A stretch of DNA of 64,000 nucleotides from the NCBI GenBank assembly GCA_021735655.1, contig JAIPGM010000002.1, forward strand, positions 1-64,000. The letters run 5' to 3'. This stretch comes from Candidatus Omnitrophota bacterium. GTDB lineage: Bacteria > Omnitrophota > Gorgyraeia > Duberdicusellales > 4484-171. Made by a program: the position numbers and the translations under genes. Each line of letters starts with the position of its first letter. The stretch's first letter is position 1. Under the pieces are notes generated by a model. It did no database searches. It had not been told where the DNA came from and saw nothing but the letters and a program-made list of their open reading frames with translations. Below are positions 1 to 8,915 of this stretch, piece by piece.

Positions 1-8
1 GGCGAGTA

Positions 9-2180
9 GTGGCAGATATAACAAATAACATGAGTTTGCGTAAGACCGGCATAAAGGTGGTTGGAGATATGCCCTGGGGATCGCATCTATGCCAGTTTTA
101 CCATACTAAAAGAGATTTGCTTGAAATACTCTTACCTTATTTTAAGGCCGGATTAAAGAATAACGAATTTTGTATGTGGGTGACTTCCGAGCCTCTAGGC
201 ACTAAAGAGGCAAAAGGCGCACTTAAGAAAGAGGTAAAAAACCTGGATAGGCTGATTAAAAAGGGGCAGATAGAGATACTGGATTATAGCCAGTGGTACA
301 CAAAGGGCGGCAGGTTCAATGCCGATAGAGTATTAGCCGGCTGGGTAGAGAAAGAGCAGCAAGCCTTAAAAAAAGGGTTCTCTGGCCTGCGTCTTACCGG
401 AAATACCTTCTGGCTGGAAAAGGCAGACTGGGAGAATTTTACCGAGTATGAAGCTAAGGTCAACAATACTATTGGCGGCCGCCGGATGCTGGCTATCTGT
501 ACTTATTCTCTGGATAGATGCAGCGCATCCCAGGTCATAGACGTTGTCAATAATCATCAGTTTGCCCTGATAAAACGCAAGGGCAGGTGGACTTCCGTTG
601 AAAGCTCATCGTACAGAACGGCAATAAATAATTTAGAAGAGATGAACCGTAGATATCAATTGCTTATTGACAATATACGTTTACATATCGCCGTGATAGA
701 CAAAACTGGGAAATTTACCGTGTGGAACAAATATTCGGAAGATTTATTCGGATATACAAAAAGTGAGGCCATTGGGAAGCTTAAGCCAGGGGACATACAT
801 ATTTCCCGTACGGATGCCGCAAGGGTTATCCGCGGCGCGAAAGAAAAAGGTATTTTTGATGATGAAGTTAAGTTAAGGCGCAAAAATGGCTCGCTTGTAG
901 ATGTGCATTTGGTTGTGGTGCCTAATAAAGATCACAAGGGTAATGTAATAAACTACCATGGATTTGGCGAGAACATCACCGAACGTAAGCATGCTGAAAG
1001 ATTTCTACGTCAATCACACCACGGGCTTGAAAAACGCGTTCAAGAGCGCACTCGAGAGCTAAAACAGCTAAACAAGGCTTTGGAAGCGGCAAAGGATAAT
1101 CTTAATAGAGCCCAACAAGTGGCACATATTGGAAGCTGGTATCTCGATATAGCGGATAATGCCTTAGCCTGGTCTGATGAAACCTATCACATATTTGGGT
1201 TAAATATAGGGTCACCGCTTGATTACGCGAAGTTTCTTGAGATCGTTCATCCGGAAGACAGGGAGTATGTTAATATAAGTTGGCAGAACGCCCTACGTCA
1301 AGGGTTCTATGATATAGAGCATCGTATAGTGGTGGCAGGGAGAATAAAATGGGTCAGAGAAAGCGCCCAAGTAGAATTTGATAAGAGAGGTAAGGCTATT
1401 AGGGGCATAGGCACGGTACAGGACATTACTGAACAGAAAGAGCATGAAAAGAATACCCGTAAGCTCCAGCAGGAATTAACTCACGTCTCACGGGTTACGA
1501 CGATGGGAGAACTTACCGCGGCCTTAGCACACGAACTTAACCAACCCCTCATGGCCATTATGAGCAACGCTCAGGCAGCACAGAGATTCCTGGCTAAGAG
1601 CAATCCGGATATAAATGAAATCAAAGAAATACTTTCTGATATTGTCAAAGACGATAAGCGGGCAAGTGATGTTATCAATAAGCTCAGAGCATTAATAAGA
1701 AAATCCGATATCGAGTTTACAATATTAAATATTAATGATGTTGTCAATGAAGTAGTCTCTCTTGTACACAGTGATATAGTTATAAGGAGTATAACCTTAA
1801 ATACAGAACTCAGTGACAAAAATCTTTTTGTGAACGGGGACCGGATACAGTTGCAGCAGGTTATTTTAAATCTTATTCTCAACAGTTTTGAGGCAACGAA
1901 AGATGTTGATTCCAAGAGGGTTCGTATTCGCACGGCAAAAGAGAATGATGAGTCGATTGTCGTTAGTTTTGAGGATGCGGGAACCGGAATTGATGAAGAA
2001 AACCTGAGTCGTATCTTTGAACCATTTTTCACGACTAAGAAAGAAGGCATGGGAATGGGGCTGGCGATTAATAAAGTGATTATTGAATCTCATGGCGGCA
2101 CCTTGTGGGCAGAGAATAATCCCGATAAAGGAGCGACGTTTTATTTTACTTTGCCCATAAGTAAGGAGTGTTCTAAATGA
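9..2180 (+). CDS. Sensor histidine kinase. N-terminal ~200 aa are a non-membrane sensory domain, possibly MEDS-like (GSHLCQFYH). It is followed by two PAS domains, HisKA and HATPase. The 5' end may lie upstream of the window.
   Basis: PAS-like stretches (FTVWNKYSEDLFGYTKSEAIG; IGSWYLDIADNALAWSDETYHIFGL). H-box TTMGELTAALAHELNQPL. ATPase G-boxes DAGTGIDEENLSRIFEPFFTTK and GMGMGLAI. The ORF opens with GTG at 9 with no in-frame stop upstream. Confidence 0.85.
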   Translation: MADITNNMSLRKTGIKVVGDMPWGSHLCQFYHTKRDLLEILLPYFKAGLKNNEFCMWVTSEPLGTKEAKGALKKEVKNLDRLIKKGQIEILDYSQWYTKGGRFNADRVLAGWVEKEQQALKKGFSGLRLTGNTFWLEKADWENFTEYEAKVNNTIGGRRMLAICTYSLDRCSASQVIDVVNNHQFALIKRKGRWTSVESSSYRTAINNLEEMNRRYQLLIDNIRLHIAVIDKTGKFTVWNKYSEDLFGYTKSEAIGKLKPGDIHISRTDAARVIRGAKEKGIFDDEVKLRRKNGSLVDVHLVVVPNKDHKGNVINYHGFGENITERKHAERFLRQSHHGLEKRVQERTRELKQLNKALEAAKDNLNRAQQVAHIGSWYLDIADNALAWSDETYHIFGLNIGSPLDYAKFLEIVHPEDREYVNISWQNALRQGFYDIEHRIVVAGRIKWVRESAQVEFDKRGKAIRGIGTVQDITEQKEHEKNTRKLQQELTHVSRVTTMGELTAALAHELNQPLMAIMSNAQAAQRFLAKSNPDINEIKEILSDIVKDDKRASDVINKLRALIRKSDIEFTILNINDVVNEVVSLVHSDIVIRSITLNTELSDKNLFVNGDRIQLQQVILNLILNSFEATKDVDSKRVRIRTAKENDESIVVSFEDAGTGIDEENLSRIFEPFFTTKKEGMGMGLAINKVIIESHGGTLWAENNPDKGATFYFTLPISKECSK

Positions 2181-2806
2181 GGCGGCCGCTTCCAATTGTA
2201 TTCATCGCCGACGATGATCCATCGGTGCGTAAAAGCTTGGAGAGGTTAATCAAGTCGGCGGGATTTAAAGTGGAGGCCTTTGCTTCGTCGGAAGAGTTCC
2301 TTCAACGGAAAATCCATAAAGGAGCCCCAGCTTGCTTAGTACTCGATGTGCGCATGCCGGGATTAAGCGGCATCGATCTTCAAGGAGAACTTGTTCGAAA
2401 GGGTATTTTGCTGCCGATCATATTTATTACCGGCCACGGTAGCATTCCTATGAGTGTTAAGGCGATGAAAAACGGCGCCGTAGATTTTTTACCAAAACCC
2501 TTTGGTGAAGAAGAACTGCTTTCAGCAATAGACCGGGCAATAGAAAAGTGCGGACAGATGCAAAAAAATGACGCGGAAAAGGCAAAAATCCAGCGCCGGG
2601 TCAAGACCCTTACCCCAAGAGAATACGAGTGTTTACGCTGGGTAATTACGGGAATGCTGAATAAACAGATTGCTCCTAGATTAGGTGTTACAGAGAAGAC
2701 GATTAAAGTTCATCGTGGTCGCCTGATGCATAAAATGCAAGCTGTATCGGTTGCCGACCTTGTCCGCCTTACCCAAAAGTGCGGAATAACCCCAGCCAAA
2801 AAGTAA
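2177..2806 (+). CDS. Response regulator, NarL/FixJ family (REC + LuxR-type HTH)
   Basis: REC motifs (IADDDPS, LVLDVRMPG, KPF). C-terminal LuxR HTH LTPREYECLRWVITGMLNKQIAPRLGVTEKTIKVHRGRLMHKM. Start overlaps the kinase stop by 4 nt. Confidence 0.9.
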   Translation: MRRPLPIVFIADDDPSVRKSLERLIKSAGFKVEAFASSEEFLQRKIHKGAPACLVLDVRMPGLSGIDLQGELVRKGILLPIIFITGHGSIPMSVKAMKNGAVDFLPKPFGEEELLSAIDRAIEKCGQMQKNDAEKAKIQRRVKTLTPREYECLRWVITGMLNKQIAPRLGVTEKTIKVHRGRLMHKMQAVSVADLVRLTQKCGITPAKK

Positions 2807-2817
2807 CTCGCCCCCTA

Positions 2818-2862
2818 TTGGACTAAGGTCCAATTTACAGCATTTCTTCACTCTGATATCAT
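2818..2862 (+). promoter_or_regulatory. Perfect 16-bp palindrome TTGGACTAAGGTCCAA abutting a sigma70-like promoter (TTTACA-17-TATCAT). A second copy lies at 13712-13756.
   Basis: Read directly: ttggactaaggtccaa tttaca gcatttcttcactctga tatcat. Nearly identical composite at 13712-13756 (ttggaccaaggtccaa tttaca N17 taatat). Confidence 0.55.
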
Positions 2863-2870
2863 CACTACTG

Positions 2871-3254
2871 ATGATCAAGATTAAACCAAAAATCTACATA
2901 GTTGACGATGATGAGTCCATTCGGCGAGCCCTGAGCCGTCTCATGAAATCTACCGGCTATGAGGCGGAAACGTTTGATTCGGCCCAGCTATTTTTGGACT
3001 CTGTTCCTCCCGATACTCAAGGTATCTTGATTTTGGATATTCGCATGCCGGATATAGACGGTTTTGAACTTCAAAGAAGATTAAACGTTTCGCGTTCTAA
3101 GTTGAGGATTATTTTTATTACCGCACACGCTCAGGCAGGAGACCGTGAACGTGCGATGAAAGCTGGCGCGAAAGGTTTTTTGCAGAAACCATTTAACGAA
3201 ACCTCGCTCTTAGATTTGATAAATTCTATATCCATTGAGAAGGATAAAAGATAG
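2871..3254 (+). CDS. Single-domain response regulator (CheY-like receiver)
   Basis: KIYIVDDDESIRRAL, ILILDIRMPDIDGFEL, IIFITAH, KPF. No output domain. Confidence 0.85.
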   Translation: MIKIKPKIYIVDDDESIRRALSRLMKSTGYEAETFDSAQLFLDSVPPDTQGILILDIRMPDIDGFELQRRLNVSRSKLRIIFITAHAQAGDRERAMKAGAKGFLQKPFNETSLLDLINSISIEKDKR

Positions 3255-3262
3255 GAGGGGGC

Positions 3263-3679
3263 ATGGAATCTAAAATACTGATTATGGATGAAGATGAAGA
3301 ATTTTTAAAATGGGTTGAAAAAATATTAGCTTTAGCGGGTTATAACACTTTTGCATCTAGCAAAGAAGCCTTTGTAAACGGTAATTTTTTTGGAATAAAA
3401 TTTGATACTGTGCTGGTGAAGTTCGATGAATTTGAAAATAAGGAATATCATTTGGTTGATAAATTACGCCAGATGTCGAACAGAATTATCCCGATCATAG
3501 AAAAAAAATTGTTTTCCAGAAATGCGATTTTAAAACTATTTGAAACACTGGGGATTAAAAAATATCTTTTAAAGCCTTTTAATCCCTTGGATGTAATTGC
3601 CGCAATTGAGATGATTCCAGAAGTAGAATATCCGGAAAATGCAGTAGAAACCATAGCTGTAGAAAAGGGAGGTGGTTAA
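3263..3679 (+). CDS. Atypical receiver-domain-like protein
   Basis: ILIMDEDEEF, VLVKFDEF and LLKPFNPLDV resemble REC topology with a divergent acidic pocket. Confidence 0.45.
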   Translation: MESKILIMDEDEEFLKWVEKILALAGYNTFASSKEAFVNGNFFGIKFDTVLVKFDEFENKEYHLVDKLRQMSNRIIPIIEKKLFSRNAILKLFETLGIKKYLLKPFNPLDVIAAIEMIPEVEYPENAVETIAVEKGGG

Positions 3680-3680
3680 A

Positions 3681-3821
3681 ATGGGGTGCAATAGCTGCGA
3701 GCCAAAAAAGGATAATAAAGCAATATATGTATGTACAGCATGTGGCAAAGAGGAGATAAGGGAAGTTAAAGATGGCGAAGTGGTAAAGAGCTGCTGCGGA
3801 CAGCCGATGAAGAAAAAATAA
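3681..3821 (+). CDS. Desulforedoxin-like small iron protein (CxxC...CC), 46 aa
   Basis: Not in the ORF track because it is under 60 aa. Translation MGCNSCEPKKDNKAIYVCTACGKEEIREVKDGEVVKSCCGQPMKKK carries the desulforedoxin C-x2-C / C-C motif. A GGAGG RBS is 6 nt upstream. It sits directly 5' of the SOR gene. Confidence 0.55.
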   Translation: MGCNSCEPKKDNKAIYVCTACGKEEIREVKDGEVVKSCCGQPMKKK

Positions 3822-3855
3822 TAGTGAAAAGCTATATTACAGGAGGTGGTAAGCG

Positions 3856-4239
3856 ATGGAAAAGACATGGACATGCCAGGAGGATATTTTGTGCGGGGTT
3901 AATGAGCCAAAGGATAAAGCTAATCCTACAGACCTTGAGAAGAAACATATTCCTATAATAGAAGCACCGGACAAGGTTAAAAAGGATGAACTTTTTGAGA
4001 TTAAAATTGAGATCGGAAAGTTATTAGCCCACCCTAACGAACCGGCTCATTTTATAGAGTGGATCGAACTTTATTGTGGGCACACATTCTTAGGGAGAGC
4101 GTCTTTAAGCGGCGGTGCAAGCTATCCAACAGTGACTTTTCAGGTGAAACTAAGTCATGCTCACGGGCCGCTGAAAGCCTGGGGAAAATGTAATATACAT
4201 GGTTTGTGGGAAGGCCTGAAAACAATAACTGTAGAATAG
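3856..4239 (+). CDS. sor: Superoxide reductase (neelaredoxin-type, single-domain)
   Basis: Conserved SOR motifs EKKHIP, HPNEPAHFIEWIEL and CNIHGLWEG (His4-Cys iron site). Confidence 0.85.
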   Translation: MEKTWTCQEDILCGVNEPKDKANPTDLEKKHIPIIEAPDKVKKDELFEIKIEIGKLLAHPNEPAHFIEWIELYCGHTFLGRASLSGGASYPTVTFQVKLSHAHGPLKAWGKCNIHGLWEGLKTITVE

Positions 4240-4250
4240 GAGGTATCATA

Positions 4251-4439
4251 ATGAAAGCGATCGTAAATCAGGAAACATGTACAGGTTGTACTTTATGCGC
4301 TCAAGCCTGTCCGGATATCTTTGAAATGGATGGTGAAAAGGCAAAAGTTCTTGTTGACGTTGTAGCGAAAGATAAAGAAGAATGCAGTAAGAAGGCAGCC
4401 GATGAATGTCCGGTTACGGCCATATCTATAGAAGAATAA
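4251..4439 (+). CDS. Small single-cluster ferredoxin
   Basis: CTGCTLCAQACP ... CP cluster motif, 62 aa. GGAGG RBS before the ATG at 4251. The track ORF 4206 is an N-terminal over-extension. Confidence 0.75.
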   Translation: MKAIVNQETCTGCTLCAQACPDIFEMDGEKAKVLVDVVAKDKEECSKKAADECPVTAISIEE

Positions 4440-4455
4440 TGAAAGGAGGCGAGAG

Positions 4456-4881
4456 ATGGCGAAAATAACGAAAGAGAAACTGATTGAGCTTCTTAATAAG
4501 GACTTGGGTTTAGAGTATACCGCGTGTGTGCAGTATACCCAGCATCAAGGGGTCCTAAAAGGCGCGATGTATCAGAACATGCAGAAAGAGCTGGTTATCC
4601 ACGCCCAAGAAGAGCTCGCGCACGCGACAACGATTGCGGCTCAAATAGACTATTTGGGAGGCTTTCCGACCGTTGATATGCCGCTGCCTAAAACCTCTAA
4701 AGAAAACGAAACCATGCTGAAACAGGATCTAGAAGGGGAAAACGACGCTATTGCAAGGTATATAGTGAGGATAAAACAGGCTGAAGAACTGAATCTTTAT
4801 CACTTAGCCCAGCAGTTAAGAAATATCCTGGCTGTTGAGCAGGAACACGCTATGGATTTAGAGCAGGCCCTGGGTAAATAA
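4456..4881 (+). CDS. Ferritin-like diiron protein (Dps/rubrerythrin superfamily)
   Basis: Two E-x-x-H motifs (EELAH; EQEH) about 90 aa apart in a 141-aa helical protein. Confidence 0.55.
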   Translation: MAKITKEKLIELLNKDLGLEYTACVQYTQHQGVLKGAMYQNMQKELVIHAQEELAHATTIAAQIDYLGGFPTVDMPLPKTSKENETMLKQDLEGENDAIARYIVRIKQAEELNLYHLAQQLRNILAVEQEHAMDLEQALGK

Positions 4882-4883
4882 AA

Positions 4884-5096
4884 ATGGTTGTTTTGAAAAA
4901 AAAGAGAGCTAGACAAAAGGTGTTTCTTTATGGCCAGAACCTCAAGCCGGAAGATATTCTTATTTATCTACCAACTGCCTTTAGGCAGAAATTGACCAAA
5001 AGGCAAGCTAACTATCTTAAGCAGGCTTTTTTTAAAACGGTTCTAGCCTACCAAAAGAAAGAAGAGCAGGATTATTTAAATAAAATGCTGGTTTAG
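4884..5096 (+). CDS. Hypothetical small basic protein
   Basis: 70-aa ORF filling the gap between the ferritin-like gene and korA. No recognisable motif. Confidence 0.25.
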   Translation: MVVLKKKRARQKVFLYGQNLKPEDILIYLPTAFRQKLTKRQANYLKQAFFKTVLAYQKKEEQDYLNKMLV

Positions 5097-5104
5097 GTGA
5101 GAAG

Positions 5105-6769
5105 ATGCAAGAGTTATCTATATTGATCGGTGGCAAGGCCGGTTTTGGCATAGACCGTTCGGGTATGGTTTTAGGCCGGCTTTTAAACAGGCTGGGGTAT
5201 CGCATTTATATATACCGCGATTATCCTTCACTTATCCGTGGAGGGCACACCTTTTCTGTGATACGTGCCTCAAAAAACAGGATAGCTGCTTACGCTGACA
5301 AGGTGGATTTTGTTTTAGCTTTAAATAAGGAGACACTCGATTTACATAAAGATAGGCTAAAAAAAGATTGCATGTGTATTTATGATTCTGAACAAACAGA
5401 TGCAATGTCCGGTCTTTGTTGCCTGGGGCTACCATTGAGTAAGTTCCTTAAAATAGAAAAAGCGCCCGAGTTGATGCGTAATACTTGTATGCTTGGCGCA
5501 CTGACAAAAGCTATCGGCCTAGACTTTGAAATTTTAGAAGATGTCCTGAAAAAAGAGTTTTCTCAGAATGCCGATCTCAATATAAAAGTTGCCAGAAGGG
5601 GCTTTGAAGAAGCTAAAGAACTTATTAAGATAGATCCTTTGAATAGGGAAAGTTTGCCGTTACTTACTGGGAATCAGGCCATTGCCTTGGGATTGGTCAA
5701 AGGAGGCCTAAGGGCCTATGTTTCTTATCCGATGACTCCCAGTTCTCCGATATTACATTATCTGGCGAATGTGGCGGATGATTTTAACTTGGATGTGGTT
5801 CATCCGGAAAGCGAAATAAGCGTTATACTTATGGCGTTAGGTTACGCGTATGCCGGTAAGAAAGCGGCAGTAGGAACATCGGGCGGCGGTTTCTGCCTTA
5901 TGACCGAAGGCTTAAGTCTGAGCGGTATGGCTGAATTACCCGTTGTAATAGTCCTTGGCCAGCGGCCGGGCCCGTCAACGGGTCTGCCTACCTACTCCTC
6001 GCAGGGAGATTTACATTTTGCCTTGAGCGCCGGCCATGGTGAATTTACGCGTTTTGTTGTCGCGCCCGGTGACGCCGAAGAATCATATTACTGGTCGGCG
6101 ATGTCCATGAATATCAGTTGGAAATATCAGATCCCGGCTATAATTCTTACTGACAAAGAGTTAGGGGAAAGTACATCAAATTTCGATATATCGTTAATCG
6201 GAAATGTATCTGAAGAAGAAATAGCTATGCGGGATGGAAAATTGCCTTATAAAAGATATGCACTTACAGATAACGGCATTTCACCTTTAGCCTTCCCCCC
6301 GGTTAAGAATGAAATGATCAAAGTAAACAGCTATGAGCATGACGAATTTGGTATAACCACAGAAGTACCGGAAGAGACCATAAAGATGCAGGAAAAACGA
6401 TTGCGTAAAGAAAAATTTTTAGCAGAGGAACTTGAGGGGGTCAAGGCGGTAAATGTATATAATGGCAAGAGAGATGACATCGCACTTCTTTGTTGGGGTT
6501 CTAACAAGGGCGTCGGTGTTGAAATTGGAGAAAAGTTAGGAATAAAAGTCATTCAGCCGGTTGTGCTTAATCCTTTTCCAATAAAACAATTTCAGCAGGC
6601 TCTATCAGGAGTAAAAAAGCTTATTTCAGTAGAAAGCAACGCAACCGGCCAGCTTGCGAGACTCCTTAATAATTATGGTATTAGCGTTGATGAGAAAATT
6701 CTGAAATATGACGGCAGGCCATTTGGCATTGAAAGATTAGAAGAGAAGGTAAAAGAGGTGATAGCATGA
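5105..6769 (+). CDS. korA: 2-oxoacid:ferredoxin oxidoreductase, fused gamma-alpha subunit
   Basis: N-terminal gamma-like domain (GGKAGFGIDRSGMVLGRLL ... SLIRGGHTFSVIRAS) followed by an alpha domain (NQAIALGLVKGG ... YPMTPSS). Confidence 0.8.
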   Translation: MQELSILIGGKAGFGIDRSGMVLGRLLNRLGYRIYIYRDYPSLIRGGHTFSVIRASKNRIAAYADKVDFVLALNKETLDLHKDRLKKDCMCIYDSEQTDAMSGLCCLGLPLSKFLKIEKAPELMRNTCMLGALTKAIGLDFEILEDVLKKEFSQNADLNIKVARRGFEEAKELIKIDPLNRESLPLLTGNQAIALGLVKGGLRAYVSYPMTPSSPILHYLANVADDFNLDVVHPESEISVILMALGYAYAGKKAAVGTSGGGFCLMTEGLSLSGMAELPVVIVLGQRPGPSTGLPTYSSQGDLHFALSAGHGEFTRFVVAPGDAEESYYWSAMSMNISWKYQIPAIILTDKELGESTSNFDISLIGNVSEEEIAMRDGKLPYKRYALTDNGISPLAFPPVKNEMIKVNSYEHDEFGITTEVPEETIKMQEKRLRKEKFLAEELEGVKAVNVYNGKRDDIALLCWGSNKGVGVEIGEKLGIKVIQPVVLNPFPIKQFQQALSGVKKLISVESNATGQLARLLNNYGISVDEKILKYDGRPFGIERLEEKVKEVIA

Positions 6770-7617
6770 CTTCCCAGAACTTAGAAACTAACGCTAAAAA
6801 CACATGGTGCCCGGGCTGCGGTAATTTCGCTATTTTAAATTCCATAAAAGCGGTCTTAAAAAGTATCCGTGAAGAAGGAACGTCTTTAGAGAATGTGGTA
6901 TTGGTCTCCGGGATCGGTTGTCATGCTAAAATAGTTGACTATATAAACGCGAACAGTTTCTATTCTATTCACGGAAGAGCCACACCAGCAGCCGAAGGAA
7001 TTAAACTCGCGAATCCAAATCTTAAAGTTATAGGTTTTGCCGGTGACGGTGACGCTTATGGCGAAGGATTGGAACATCTGATATTCGCCGCTAAGCGGAA
7101 TATCGATATTACTATGATAATACATGATAATCGTGTATACGGGCTTACAACTGGCCAGTATACCCCTACATCTCCGCTTGGTTTTAAAGGCCGTTCGACT
7201 CCCGGGGGAAGTAAGGAACGCCCGATTAACCCTCTTGAACTTATGCTGGCCAGCGGCGCGACTTTTCTTGCCAGAGGTTTTTCACATGGAATAGAACAGC
7301 TCAAGAAAATATTTAAGGAAGCGATAAACCATAAGGGCTTTGCTTTGGTAGATGTACTTCAAGTTTGCGTTACCTTCTATAACATGTATGAGTACTACGA
7401 TAAACGAGTGTATGAACTAAAAGATCATGATGCAGGAGATTATGCCGAGGCGCTTAATAAAATAAAGGAATGGAATTATCACGATGATTCGAAGATAGCG
7501 CTTGGTGTATTATATAAAAAAGAAAGTCCGACTTTTGAAGAGGGGCTTTCATCATCCGGAAAAAGCGAAATAGACGTTGATTCAAACATAAAAAGCATAC
7601 TGGCTAAAACTATTTAA
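6766..7617 (+). CDS. korB: 2-oxoacid:ferredoxin oxidoreductase beta subunit (TPP-binding)
   Basis: WCPGCGNF plus GIGCH ... [12 protein letters not shown]-binding motif. Translationally coupled to korA (4-nt overlap). Confidence 0.85.
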   Translation: MTSQNLETNAKNTWCPGCGNFAILNSIKAVLKSIREEGTSLENVVLVSGIGCHAKIVDYINANSFYSIHGRATPAAEGIKLANPNLKVIGFAGDGDAYGEGLEHLIFAAKRNIDITMIIHDNRVYGLTTGQYTPTSPLGFKGRSTPGGSKERPINPLELMLASGATFLARGFSHGIEQLKKIFKEAINHKGFALVDVLQVCVTFYNMYEYYDKRVYELKDHDAGDYAEALNKIKEWNYHDDSKIALGVLYKKESPTFEEGLSSSGKSEIDVDSNIKSILAKTI

Positions 7618-7633
7618 TTGTGAAGGAGGGGAT

Positions 7634-8059
7634 ATGAGAGATCATGTTTATAAAGTTGTTGAGCTTGTCGGGTCTTCAAAAGCCACCATAGAAGATGCGG
7701 TTAAAAACGCTCTTTCCAAGTCGTCGGAATCTATCAGAAATTCACGATGGTTTGAGGTTAATCAAATAAGGGGGGAAATAGAAGACGGCGAAGTATCGTA
7801 TTGGCAGGTTGGGTTAAAGCTGGGGTTTACAGTCGAAGGGAGCAGCCGGAAAGAAGAGGTACCTGTCGAAACAAGTAAAAAAGCGGCAAAAACAGGGAAA
7901 TACCAATGCAAGGTTTGCAGCTATATCTATGATCCCGAAAAAGGTGACCCGGATAACGGCATAAAAGCGGGGACCTCTTTTAAAGATTTACCCGATGACT
8001 GGAAATGCCCGGAATGCGGTGTAAACAAGGATCAATTTGAAGAAATGAAGGGAGAGTAA
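7634..8059 (+). CDS. Dodecin - rubredoxin fusion protein
   Basis: N-terminal ~70 aa match the dodecin fold sequence ([12 protein letters not shown] ... [11 protein letters not shown] ... [13 protein letters not shown]). C-terminal ~50 aa are a rubredoxin ([14 protein letters not shown] ... WKCPECG). Confidence 0.75.
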   Translation: MRDHVYKVVELVGSSKATIEDAVKNALSKSSESIRNSRWFEVNQIRGEIEDGEVSYWQVGLKLGFTVEGSSRKEEVPVETSKKAAKTGKYQCKVCSYIYDPEKGDPDNGIKAGTSFKDLPDDWKCPECGVNKDQFEEMKGE

Positions 8060-8060
8060 T

Positions 8061-8915
8061 ATGGATAGAAGAATTACCTTGAAGTCAAAAACACTGTTTT
8101 TGGCAGGCAGGAGAGTCAAAGAAGGAGACTCGGCGTCACAATTTTATGCAGTTGATAGCGAGCTTAAGGAAGTTAAACTAACTGACTACAAAGATTCTAT
8201 AAAAATCATCACCTCTTTTCTTTCTCTGGATACACCTACTTGTAATTTGCAAGTTAAGGAATTTAACAAAAGGGCTAGCAAGTTGGCAGAAGATATTGTT
8301 GTTATCGGCATCAGCCAGGATTTACCTTTCGCCCAAAAGCGCTTTTGTGAGGCGAATAAAATCGAGAAGGTAATAACTCTTTCTGATTACAAAACCAACT
8401 CTTTTGGCATTAATTACGGCCTTTTGATTAAAGAACTGCGCCTTCTGGCCCGTGCGGTTATTATTGTAGATAAAAACAATGTCATTCGTTATGTTTCGAT
8501 TGTTCAAGAGGCAAGTGATGAGCCGGATTACCAGTCAGCGCTAAAGGCACTAAAAGATGTGATCGAAAAACCATTTCTTAAGGGATCCCAAGAGAGGCCT
8601 TCTCATTGTCTTCCCTGTGAAGCCGGTACCCCACCGCTTAAAGAGGGCCGCATAGAGCAGTTAATGGCTACTGTTGAGGGCTGGGAACTTATCGAAGGCA
8701 AGAAAATAAAAAAGACTTTTAAATTCAAAGATTTTATTGAGGCCAAATATTTTTTGGATATTATTAGCGTCATTGCCGAAGAGCAGGGCCATCATCCTAA
8801 CATCACGATTATTTATAATAAAGTAACGATTACGCTTACCACTCACGCTATCGGCGGGCTTAGCGATAATGATTTTATTATGGCTCAGATCATAGATGAA
8901 ATAGGGGGGGCCTGA
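8061..8915 (+). CDS. Thiol peroxidase (Tpx-like peroxiredoxin) fused to pterin-4a-carbinolamine dehydratase
   Basis: Tpx-like region with peroxidatic Cys context (SLDTPTCNLQ) and resolving Cys (KRFCEA). C-terminal PCD/DCoH motif EEQGHHPNITIIYNKVTITLTTH. Confidence 0.7.
   Translation: MDRRITLKSKTLFLAGRRVKEGDSASQFYAVDSELKEVKLTDYKDSIKIITSFLSLDTPTCNLQVKEFNKRASKLAEDIVVIGISQDLPFAQKRFCEANKIEKVITLSDYKTNSFGINYGLLIKELRLLARAVIIVDKNNVIRYVSIVQEASDEPDYQSALKALKDVIEKPFLKGSQERPSHCLPCEAGTPPLKEGRIEQLMATVEGWELIEGKKIKKTFKFKDFIEAKYFLDIISVIAEEQGHHPNITIIYNKVTITLTTHAIGGLSDNDFIMAQIIDEIGGA

Noticed and set aside
284-2195. Several minus-strand ORFs (284..466, 366..557, 656..883, 1571..2050, 1866..2195) inside the histidine kinase gene
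   Set aside because: Entirely antisense to a well-supported CDS, low-complexity translations, no RBS. Antisense frame artefacts.
4206-4250. N-terminal extension of the ferredoxin ORF (MGRPENNNCRIGGII)
   Set aside because: Overlaps the end of the SOR gene. A strong GGAGG RBS precedes the internal ATG at 4251.
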